Part shown: positions 51,921 through 64,000 of the stretch, piece by piece | Layout: every line of letters starts with the position of its first letter | Numbering within the stretch: the first letter of the stretch is position 1 | Assembly (NCBI GenBank): GCA_951406725.2 | Contig: OX597837.1 | Coordinates: forward strand, 28,334,001-28,398,000 | Origin: Octopus vulgaris | Taxonomy: Eukaryota | Length of the DNA: 64,000 nt | Direction of reading: 5' to 3' | Program-made: the position numbers and the translations under genes | Notes under the pieces: generated by a model | The model's database searches: none | The model's input: the letters and a program-made list of their open reading frames with translations, nothing else | Told to the model about the DNA's origin: nothing

Positions 51921-53028
51921 AAAAAAATATAAAAAAACAGAGCAGCACTACTGGTGAAATATCGACCGATTATCGATCCCTTGGCATTTGATTATTGAGG
52001 AATATCTCAAGATTCTCGAGTTCTTACACAATCGTGGCCGGAGGACCATCGTCTTCTTGCTGTTCGTGTCTTGGCTACATATTAATTATGATGCTGACAC
52101 AGATTAACCCAGATAACCTCTAGATTTATTAGGTTATGGTATAGAGGCGAGCTGGCAGAAACGTTAGCACGCCGGGCGAAATGCTTAGAAGTATTTTGTC
52201 TGCTGCTACGTTCTGAGTTCAAATTCCGCCAAGGTTGACTTTGCCTTTCATCCTTTCGGGGTCGATTAAATATGTATCAGTTGCGCACTGGGATCGATGT
52301 AATCGACTTAACCCGTTTGTATGTCCTTGTTTGTCCCCTCTGTGTTTAGACCCTTGTGGGTAGTATAGAAATAGGTATGGAACTTCTCTCAGCTTGAAGT
52401 AAAAGAATTATTGTTGTAAATGAAACTAGCGGAACAGAGAGAGGAAGAGACAGAGAAGGAAGTTGAAGGAGGATTGATATTAGTTTAAATTTTTGGTACC
52501 AGGTCAGCAAGTTCGGGAAGAGGCTAAGTCGATTACATCGATCCAAGTGCTCAACTGGTTCTTATTTTATCGATCCCGAAAGGGTGGAAAGCAAAGTCAA
52601 CCTCGGCGGAATTTGAACACATAATGTAAAAACGGACGGAATGCCGTTAAGCATATCCTACTTAACGCTGATACATCGCAAAAGGCTAATTAACTGCGGT
52701 ATATGTCCGGGGATGATGTCACTTATGGAAGTACGTTGCTAATCGCAACGCTTGTGATTTTTCAATTACTTTTTCTCTGTGAGTAGCGGCGGATTTTGTC
52801 TTAGCATGCGGCTGCCAGTGATGGGTACAATGCTGGTGACAGAGCCTGAAGAGGTAAAAGTGTGCAGATAGCATTCTCATAGCTACCGCAGATTGACAAT
52901 TTACATCTGCTACTCATATGTTTCTAAACACACATATGTATGTGTGTGTGTGCATGTGTAAGTATGTACATATATGCATGTATATATGTGTGTGTATGTG
53001 TATATATATGTATGTATATATGCGTGTG

Positions 53029-53080
<52 letters not shown>

Positions 53081-53315
53081 CGACTTTGCCTTTCATCCTT
53101 TCGGGGTCGATAAATAAAAGTACCAGTTTCGCACTGGGGTCGATGTAATCGACTTAATCCCTTTGTCTGTCCTTGTTTGTCCTCTCTATTTTTAGCCCCT
53201 TGTGGGCAATAAAGAAATATACATATATATATACATATATATACATATACATATATATATATATATGTATGTGTGTGTATGTGTATACATATATATATAT
53301 ATGTATGTATGTATG

Positions 53316-53366
<51 letters not shown>

Positions 53367-54140
53367 ATGTGTGCATATATATATATGTGTGTGGTTGTGC
53401 GTGTGTGCGTGAATGTTGTTGACAGTGACTTCGACGTTTCGGCCAGTTAAGCCATCGTCGGCTTAAACTGGCCGAAACTTGTACTCTACAAAAGCCTAGA
53501 GTAAATCTCTCAGATTAATATGAGATTGTATTTTTTTTTATTATAACTGAACATAAAAACGAAGACGAACATATAACGAACATATATAAACATCTAAAGA
53601 CAGAGAGAAGCGTTGCGAATGTGCATTTTTATTGGTTAGTTTAATGAGCAGCAAAACGCTGCAACGACAATAATAGTTTGGTCTTTTCCTAAACTGGAAA
53701 AGCAAGGCGGAAACAGGATGCGATGAACGCAGTTTGCTGGCTGGAAGGGAAAGAAGAGGATGGGGGAAAGAATTCCTTGGTGTTGCAGTTTTTGCAGAAA
53801 CAAAGATAAGGCAAAGAGTTTTAATTCGAGTTAGGTGTGAATGTGGCGCCATGAGAAGTGTGGCGTGGGTGGGTGGGTAGGGTGGTTGGTTCTTTGTGTA
53901 TGCTCGTGCGCGAAATATTTGGCTTTTGTATTTTTACTTGTTTCAGTCATTGGACTGCGGCCACAATGCGTTGCTAGGGCAACGCATTGAAGGGTTTTAA
54001 GCCGAACAAATCGACTTCAGGACTAAACTTTTTTTTTTTCTTTTTAAGACGGGTACTTATTTCATCGTTCTCTTTTGCCGAACCGCTAAATTGTGTAGAT
54101 GGAAACAAACTAAAACTGGTTCTCCAGCTGTGATGTTGGG

Positions 54141-54278
<138 letters not shown>

Positions 54279-54353
54279 CAGAGAGATAGATAGATAGATA
54301 GATAGACAGAGAGATAGATAGATAGAGATAGATAGATAGACAGACAGACAGAG

Positions 54354-54416
<63 letters not shown>

Positions 54417-54465
54417 CAGACAGAGAGATAGATAGATAGATAGATAGACAGAGAGATAGATAGAG

Positions 54466-54512
<47 letters not shown>

Positions 54513-54520
54513 GAGAAAGT

Positions 54521-54555
<35 letters not shown>

Positions 54556-54989
54556 TTATATGACGGGGTTTCACATAGTTTCCAGTGGCTGAGCACTCCA
54601 CAGACACGTGTACCCTTAGCTAGCTTCTAGGGAGATTCAGTGTGACACAGAATGTGACAAGGCTGGGCCTTTGAAATACAGGTTCTACTCATTTTTGCCA
54701 GCTGAGCGGACTGGAGCAACGTGAAATGAAGTGTCTCGCTCAAGGATACAACGCGTCGCCGAGAATCGAACTGAGAATCTTACGATCGTGAGGCAAATGC
54801 ATAACTCTTCACATAACTGACACATATAGATCTTCATAAACACAATGTAGGTCATTATAGTTAAAATCGGAAGTCAGAGTTGTAGTAGGAGATAATAAAG
54901 GATTCTTTGATTTCGTGCAAGGTCATAAATGCACGAATCCTAACAACCAGTGTCAAATAATATATTATATCTGCCATTCTATTCTACTC

Positions 54990-55788
54990 TAAGCACAAGG
55001 CTCGAAATTTTGGGGAAGGGAGCCAGTCGATTACATCGACCCCAGTACATAACTGTTACTTAATTTATCGACCCCGAAAGGATGAAAAGCAAAGTCGACC
55101 TCGGCGGAATTTGAACTCACAACGTAACAGCAGACGAAATACCTATTTCTATTTCTTTATTACCCACAAGGGGCTAAACACAGAGAGGACAAACAAGGAC
55201 AGACATAGGTATTAAGTCGATTACATCGACCTCAGTGCGTAACTGGTACTTAATTTATCGACCCCGAAAGGATGAAAGGCAAAGTTGACCTCGGCGGAAT
55301 TTGAACTCAGAACGTAACGGCAGACGAAATACCGCTAAGCATTTCGCCCGGCGTGCTAACGTTTCTGCCAGCTCACCGCCTTACACAATATAGAAATAAC
55401 CTTTTCTGCTCTAGGCACAAGGCCCGAAATTTGGGGAGAGATAGCCAGTCGATTAGATCTAGCCCAGTACGTAACTGGTACTTAATTTATCGACCCCGAA
55501 AGAATGAAAGGCAAAGTCGACCTCGGCGGAATTTGAACTCAGAACGTAACGGCAGACGAAATACCTATTTCTTTACTACCCACAAGAGGCTAAACACAGA
55601 GAGGACAAACAAGGACAGATACACGGATTAAGCCGATTACATCGATCCCAGTGCGTAACTGGTACTTATTTAATCGACCCCGAAAGGATGAAAGGCAAAG
55701 TCAACCTCGGCGGGATTTGAACTCAGAACATAAATACCTCCAAGCATTTCGCCCGGCGTGCTAACGATTCTGCTAGCTCGCCACCTTA
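54990..55788 (-). mobile_element. Two tandem multimers of SINE family C
   Basis: Repeated bodies joined at GACGAAATA|CCTATTTC; heads at about 55380 and 55785. Confidence 0.88.
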
Positions 55789-56060
55789 ATAATAACAATG
55801 ATTATGATTTCTTTTATTAGCCACGGGGGCGTTTATGAAGGGAGCATCACAATAAAATTCGTGGAAAACCACGTATTTCTGAAGATAGTGAAACCTTTTA
55901 AATTGATCTCCTAAAAATGAAAATTTAAACCCATGTCAGCGGGATTCGATCTTCGAATTTAAAGGGACCTAACTAAATGCAATTTATCTATTGGTTTGTC
56001 AGAGAGAAGAAAGGGCAGCGTTTATGACCCTTTTCAGAGTATCAAGGACTGATGAGAGTG

Positions 56061-56443
56061 GAAGCACTCCGTCGGTTACGACGACGAGGGTTCCGGTTGA
56101 TCCGAATCAACGGAACAGCCTGCTCGTGAAATTAACGTGTAAGTGGCTGAGCACTCCACAGACACGTGTACCCTTAACGTAGTTCTCGGGGATATTCAGC
56201 GTGACACAGAGAGTGACAAGGCCGGCCCTTTGAAATACAGGTACAACAGAAACAGGAAGTAAGAGTGAGAGAAAGTTGTGGTGAAAGAGTACAGCAGGGA
56301 TCACCACCATCCCCTGCCGTAGCCTCGTGGAGCTTTAGGTGTTTTCGCTCAATAAACACTCACAACGCCCGGTCTGGGAATCGAAACCGCGACCCTATGA
56401 CCGCGAGTCCGCTGCCCTAACCACTGGGCCATTGCGCCTCCAC
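56061..56443 (-). mobile_element. tRNA-derived SINE, family A
   Basis: 13-bp TSD ACTGATGAGAGTG (56048-56060 / 56444-56456). Confidence 0.93.
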
Positions 56444-57397
56444 ACTGATGAGAGTGTAGGGCTGGCGGAGAAAATTATTCTCAGCCCAGAGGCTTGGCTT
56501 GAAAACTTGCTACAGAGTGGACTCTAAAAAAGTCAGTCAATGACCAGCTGCTGGTGTATAACCCGGCGATGGATTAAAGCTCCAAGTTTCTGTCAGACGC
56601 TTCCGATACTTTATCACCTTTTTAAAAAATATTATAATGATCATGGTGGTGGGGATAGTTTCTTCTATTTGCCACAGGAACGTCGAATAAAGAATACATT
56701 ACAATTACGTAAAGTGTTGGGGGCTTATAAAAAATATCAAATAGTAACTTAAAACATAGAAGCACAATTTACGGAAGGGAGTCAATGAGATGGAACTCAG
56801 AACCTGACTGATATTTTATCGACCTCCACACTTCATAGGTACTTCATTTTATCGGCCCCAGGAGTTAACGGTTGACAGGAATTGAACATGTATGGATCAA
56901 ACTAAAACATTTAGTCCAGCATCCAACAACTTCACCAAATCACAACCGTTTGTTTTGTTTGTTTTTTAAATGTCACAAAGTCAGGAATTTTAGGGGAGGG
57001 GGTCATAGTTGGCCGCATCAATTCCCGTACCTAGCTTGTAACAACGACTTTAGCTGGATTCGAACTCAATGGCTGAGCATTCCACAGACACGTGTACCCT
57101 TAGCTAGTTCCTAGGGAAATTCAGCGTGACACAGAATGTGACAAGGCTGGCCCTTTGAAATACAGATACAACTCATTTTTTCCAGCTGAGTGGACCGGAG
57201 CAACGTGAAATATAGTGTCTTGCTCAAGGACACAACTCAGGACGCATTTTGGACCGGGGCCTTAGTAAAGGACACTTGCCCAACATGCCTTGCAGCGAGA
57301 CTGAACCTGAAACCACGCGGTCGATATTTACGCCAATAAAATGAATACCAGTCATGTACTAAAGTCTTGTTCTGTGTACAATTTAAAGACATTTTAA

Positions 57398-57619
57398 CCC
57401 TTCCATTACCGTATTTATTTTGGAATGTTCTGTATTTCTTTCAATTAATTTTATATATAACAAAGAATTTAGTAAAATAACTTAGTTATTATTAAGCTAG
57501 TATTAGGAACATAAATTGTGACTAAGGTTTGGTGGAAGATTTTAATTCAGAACTTTTGAAAACAAGACATTTGTACTACAGAGCCAGAGGCGGTTTCAGC
57601 CGGGTTGGTATCAAAAGGG
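57398..57619. mobile_element. piggyBac-like MITE
   Basis: TTAA|CCCTT...AAGGG|TTAA termini. Confidence 0.65.
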
Positions 57620-58067
57620 TTAAATAATCATTGAAAAAGAAGATAAAGTGGTGTGTGGTGCTGGGTATGAACTCAACGAGAATTGAACTCCTGATTTCTG
57701 GATCGGAAGGGCATTAGCTCTGTTAGTTACTACACAGACATAAGACTAGATGTTGCTGTTGTTGGATGAAGGATTTCATCCTAAATGCTTTCCAGATACT
57801 TTGGATGAACAACCAACGACGTAACGAAATGTAAACATGCTCTTTGCTGGAATGCGAACTCACAACGCAGAAGACACTGAAATGAGTGCTGCTAAACTCT
57901 CTACTTGTTCTGCCATTCTCCCTCCGCAATTTCTCCACTTTCTTCATTTTGATGAAAGGTCTTTTTTACCTCTAAATCTACAGCGAACGCTGTAGAAGAG
58001 GGACGAGTAACCACCTGGCAACTGGAACTAACGAACTGCGGTTTTGATTCTGAGTTAAACTTACTGC

Positions 58068-58146
<79 letters not shown>

Positions 58147-58186
58147 CCTCTCATATATTGTTCTGTCTTGTAATTATACCAATATT

Positions 58187-58605
58187 TATTTCCTTATTGC
58201 CCACAGGAGAGCTAAACATAAAGGGGACAAACAAGGACAGACAAAGGGATTAAGTCGATTACATCGACTCCAGTGCGTAACTGGTACTTATTTAATGGAC
58301 CCCGAAAGGATGAAAGGCAAAGTCGACCTCGGCGGAATTTGAACTCAGAACGTAACGGCAGACGAAATACCTATTTCTTTACTACCCACAAGGGGCTAAA
58401 CACAGAGAGGACAAACAAGGACAGACAAAGGGATTAAGTCGATTATATCGACCCCAGTGCGTAACTGGTACTTATTTAATGGACCCCGAAAGGATGAAAG
58501 GCAAAGTCGACCTCGGCGGAATTTGAACTCAGAACGTAGCAGCAGACGAAATACCGCTAAGCATTTCGCCCGGCGTGCTAACGTTTCTGTCAGCTCGCCG
58601 CCTTA
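58187..58605 (-). mobile_element. SINE family C dimer with a single TSD
   Basis: 16-bp TSD TAATTATACCAATATT (58171-58186 / 58606-58621). Confidence 0.9.
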
Positions 58606-58920
58606 TAATTATACCAATATTATTAACACACGCGCTGGTTTAATTCCACTCCCTTATTATTGAATCAGTGCATGTATTAACAATATCGGCATAATGACTC
58701 TCCCTAGACAACAAAATTTGTTTCAAAACACTAATTCAGATAAAGAATCCTGCAAAGCTGATACAAAAACGAATTGTATGAGTGTGTATATACATAGTGC
58801 ATTTGTAAACAATAATATTGATTAAAAGCTTCAAACGAACCAATCACAAGTTTCCACCATGAATGTCCTTTGGAGAGGGATGGTCATTACAACTTCACTT
58901 CCATAATAATAATAATAATA

Positions 58921-58974
<54 letters not shown>

Positions 58975-59063
58975 GAACGTTACGGCAGACGAAATACGGT
59001 TAGGCATTTCGCTCGGCGTGTTAACGTTTCTACCAGCTCGCCGCCTTAATGATAAAAAATTTT

Positions 59064-59634
59064 TACTCTAGGCACAAGGCCCGAAATTTAGGGAGAGGGG
59101 ACCAATCGATTAGATAGACCCCAGTATGTAACTGGTACTTAATTTATCGACCCCGAAAGGATAAAAGGTAAAGTCGAGATCGGCGTAATTTGAACTCAGA
59201 TCGTTAAGACAGGCAAAATACCTATTTCTTTATTACCCACAAGGGGCTAAACACAGATAGGACAAACAAGGACAAACGAATTAAGTCGATTACATCGATC
59301 CCAGTGCGTAACTGGTACTTAATTTATCGACCCTGAAAATGATGAAAGGCAAAGTCGACCTCGGCGGAATTTGAACTCAGAACGTAACGGCAGACGAAAT
59401 ACCTATTTCTTTACTACCCACAAGGGGCTAAACACAATGAGGACAAACAAGGACAGACAAACGGATTAAGTCGATTACATCGACCACAGTGCGTAACTGG
59501 TACTTAATTAATGGACCCCGAAAGGATGAAAGGCAAAGTCGACCTCGGCGGAATTCGAACTCACAACGTAACGGCAGACGAAATACGGCTACGCATTTCG
59601 CCCGGCGCGCTAACGTTTCTGCCAGCTTGCCGCC

Positions 59635-59636
<2 letters not shown>
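59064..59636 (-). mobile_element. SINE family C trimer
   Basis: Three bodies and one head. Confidence 0.88.
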
Positions 59637-59666
<30 letters not shown>

Positions 59667-60045
59667 TCTTAGATTAGCGATAGGCGACAAGTGTGTTTGG
59701 AATGCATGAAGTGACGTCGATTCAGTCTATTTCTGTACGTTGCACTTTTTTTTATAGGACCACCCCAGAGGTGAAAAGCAAACTTAACATCGCTGTGATA
59801 TGAACTCGTGAAATATAATGCGTGAAATTGAAAACTACAGGTGTTTTTATCTTATATTAATAAACGATTGTCGCATTGACGAAGACGGGTCTTCGGGTTG
59901 TCTCATATCGATAATCCACTGAACGTGAATTATCTCTTTTGTAAATGCGTGTGTGCGTCAGAAAGAGAAAAAGAGAGAGAGAGAGAGAGAGAATGACAGA
60001 GACAGAGAGAGAGAGAGGAACTGGGACATCAACTGCGTCAGGTGT

Positions 60046-60597
60046 ATTTTCTTTACTACCCACAAGGGGCCAAACATAGAGGGGACAAACAAGGACAGAC
60101 AAAGGGATTAAGGGATGAAAGGCAAAGTCGACCTCGGCGGAATTTGAACTCAGAACGTAGCGGCAGACGAAATACCTATTTCTTTACTACCCACAAGGGG
60201 CTAAACATAGAGGGGACGAACACGGACAGACAAAGGGATTAAGTCGATTACATCGACTCCAGTGCGAAACTGGTACTTTATTTTATCGACCTCGAGGGGA
60301 TGAAAGGCAAAGTCGACCTCGGCGGAATTTGAACTCAGAACGTAACCACAGACGAAATACCTATTTCTTTATTACCCACAAGGGGCTGAACATAGAGGGA
60401 ACAAACAAGGACAGACAAAGGGATTAAGTCGATTACATCGACTCCAGTGCGAAACTGGTACTTTATTTTATCGACCTCGAAGGGATGAAAGGCAAAGTCG
60501 ACCTCGGCAGAATTTGAACTCAGAACGTAACGACAGACGAAATACCGCTGAGCATTTCGCTCGGCGCGCTAACGGTTCTGCCAGCTCGCCGCTTTGG
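60046..60597 (-). mobile_element. SINE family C trimer with a single TSD
   Basis: 14-bp TSD ACTGCGTCAGGTGT (60032-60045 / 60598-60611). Confidence 0.9.
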
Positions 60598-60702
60598 ACT
60601 GCGTCAGGTGTGTGAGGACACTGAGCAAGCAGAGGATAAATAGAGAATGAAGATATGTGGAAGATAAAAAAAGATATATAGATGTGTAAAAAAATAATAA
60701 TG

Positions 60703-60742
<40 letters not shown>

Positions 60743-60830
60743 AAGCTGGTTTATAAACAAATGGAAAGAAGACAACACACATCAACGAAAGAAGAAAAAG
60801 ACGTGAAGAGATAACATGGTTAGTGCTCAC

Positions 60831-60962
60831 CCCTGAGGAATTAAAACAGTATCAGGTTTTTCTGGAAGTCCTAGCGTTAAGCGTTGGTCCTCAGCTGAAT
60901 AATGGGTTTGGCGGTTGGTTCGAAAGGAAGAGCTGCCGGGCGGACGGGCGGTCGGGTTGATA
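60831..60962 (-). other. Candidate upstream exon of the minus-strand gene (5' UTR/first exon or 132-nt cassette exon)
   Basis: Good donor CAGGG|GTGAGC. CTCTCTGTACAG|T at the 5' side could be an acceptor or an Inr-like start. Unique GC/CpG-rich sequence in an AT-rich background, with one frame open (INPTARPPGSSS...VLIPQG). Confidence 0.45.
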
Positions 60963-61124
60963 CTGTACAGAGAGGCAGTGTGTGTTTGTGATGTGTGTAT
61001 GATGTGTGTTTTTGTGCGTGTAGTGCAGCAAAGACAGGCTGTTGTTATAGAGTTAGTTATGCATGTCCGTATGTGCCAAGTGACTGGGAGAGAGAGAGAG
61101 GGGGAGAGAGAGAGAGAGAGAGAA

Positions 61125-61163
<39 letters not shown>

Positions 61164-61515
61164 AAAAGAGAGAGAGAGTGAGAGAGAGAGAGCATTAAGG
61201 TAGGAGGATAGGCCAGTAGGTGGGTGGATTGTGCTGGTAGGTGGGCCGTGGATAGGTGGCAGGGAAATTTACTAGGTGGTGGTGGTGGGGTGGGGTGGCT
61301 TGGGGGTGATGGTGGGGGTGGTTAGGGGTTGGGGTTGGGGAGTAAGGTTAAGGTTGATGGTATTATGGATCAGGGTAAGAACAAGTTGTGTTGTTGTTGT
61401 TGCTGCTGTTGAAGTTGTTTAACCCGGGGTTAAGCCCTGATTGAGAAGTCTTATAACCAGGAGTATGCATACCTAAACCACCCGATTATATATATATATG
61501 TGTGTATACATATAA

Positions 61516-61578
<63 letters not shown>

Positions 61579-61614
61579 TATGTATATATACATGTATTTA
61601 TTTACACACATATG

Positions 61615-61660
<46 letters not shown>

Positions 61661-61666
61661 TGTATG

Positions 61667-61706
<40 letters not shown>

Positions 61707-61835
61707 AATGTGCGAAACTTCTCGACCTTGAGTCACTCTGTTACTTCTGCTAAATATTATCAAGAAAAAAAATATATATACCCATATTTTGAGTTCTACT
61801 TTTCCTGTTTGCATCAACATACCTATATATAAGTA

Positions 61836-61909
<74 letters not shown>

Positions 61910-62197
61910 TATATACACACACACACATATATATATATATGTACACGTGTGTATATACACACATCTATGTGTGTATGTATGTATATATGTACATGCATGT
62001 ATACACACATGTGTACATATACATATGTATACATATACATATATATATATACATACATGTGTATATATATATGTATATACATATATACATATGTATATGT
62101 ATATATGTATATATACATATATACATATACATGTGCATATATGTATATACACATATGCATATACAAATGCATATATACATACACATATGTATACATG

Positions 62198-62282
<85 letters not shown>

Positions 62283-62289
62283 GTATATG

Positions 62290-62322
<33 letters not shown>

Positions 62323-62351
62323 ATATATATATATATATTATGTATGTATAT

Positions 62352-62754
<403 letters not shown>

Positions 62755-62758
62755 TTAT

Positions 62759-62834
<76 letters not shown>

Positions 62835-62863
62835 ATATGTATGTGTGTGTATATGTGTATGTA

Positions 62864-62925
<62 letters not shown>

Positions 62926-62950
62926 GTATATATATATGTATATATATATG

Positions 62951-63099
<149 letters not shown>

Positions 63100-63266
63100 G
63101 TATATATATGTATGTATATGTATATATTAGGTCATGGGCTACATGACCTAATGAGTTCTAACCACCTCTTATAAAATATCTGTAGTGTGATGTGAGGTAG
63201 ATTTGGCTATTATTTTTAGCAGGAGTAGCTACCACTTTGGGGCTTCTTAGTTGGTTGTGTTATGTA

Positions 63267-63300
<34 letters not shown>

Positions 63301-63589
63301 GTAAACAATGAAGGAAGAGAAGCTGCGAAGCTAATTAGGGAGATAAGTTTAGGGTATCAGTACCCTGGTACCCTGGTACCCTGGTTGGTATTGTTGTTTG
63401 ATAAAGGGAAAATATGTAAACAAAAACAAAAAAAAAGGTTGGGTGGATGGAAAAGCAGAAAAGAGTCTGACGAAATACAATGCTTTACTCTTTTACTTTT
63501 TTCACTCATTGGACTGCGGCCATGCTGGGGCACCACCTTGACGGGTTTAGTCGAACTGTGCATTTTCTTTTTTAATTCTTTTTTAGTTT

Positions 63590-63811
63590 ACTCTCTTTTA
63601 CTCTTTTACTTGTTTCAGTCATTTGACTGCGGCCATGCTGGGGCACCGCCTTTAGTCGAGCAACTCGACCCCGGGACTTATTCTTTTTTTGTAAGCCCAG
63701 TACTTATTCTATCGGTCTCTTTTGCCGAACCGCTAAGTGACGGCGATATAAACACACCAGCATCGGTTGTCAAGCAATGCTAGCGGGACAAACACAAACA
63801 TACACGCACAC

Positions 63812-63868
<57 letters not shown>

Positions 63869-64000
63869 TACGACAGGCTTCTTTCAGTTTCCGTCTACCA
63901 AATCCACTCACAAGGCTTTGGTCGGCCCGAGGCTATAGTAGAAGAAAGTTACCCAAGGTGCCACGCAGTGGGACTGAACCCGGAACCATGTGGCTGGTTA
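63590..64000 (-). mobile_element. SINE family B (head runs off the window)
   Basis: Reverse complement of the family B consensus. Confidence 0.9.

Noticed and set aside
56048-56456. Two CTGATGA motifs suggesting a snoRNA or ribozyme
   Set aside because: They are the 13-bp target-site duplication of the family A SINE.

Overview
This is AT-rich, repeat-dense animal genomic DNA. The tRNA-derived SINE repertoire and the very high (TA)n/(TG)n/(GATA)n load suggest a coleoid cephalopod, probably Octopus (inference). The window lies inside one large minus-strand gene encoding a PDZ protein of the Zasp/ALP-Enigma type, closest to Zasp66 by motif. Four phase-compatible coding exons were found by hand at 28773-28921, 21393-21444, 9719-10021 and 1-162. 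There are also candidate microexons and a candidate upstream exon at 60831-60962. The exon encoding the first half of the PDZ domain is not visible and may lie in the 100-N gap or beyond the window. The introns contain at least five SINE families, mariner/hAT/piggyBac/pogo-like MITEs, CR1 and R4/Dong LINE ends, and a Penelope-like GIY-YIG relic. The most unusual signals are: (i) many minimal type-I hammerhead-ribozyme-like motifs of Penelope type, several forming back-to-back palindromes or short TA-flanked elements; (ii) SINE bodies multimerised head-to-tail inside a single target-site duplication (TSD); (iii) a divergent pair of near-identical CTCF-like motifs; (iv) a repeated (F/Y)GGGGxS(F/Y)GVxY peptide in the PDZ protein. 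Nearly all ORFs in the supplied track are microsatellite or SINE artefacts. All coordinates were counted by hand, and repeat boundaries are approximate.
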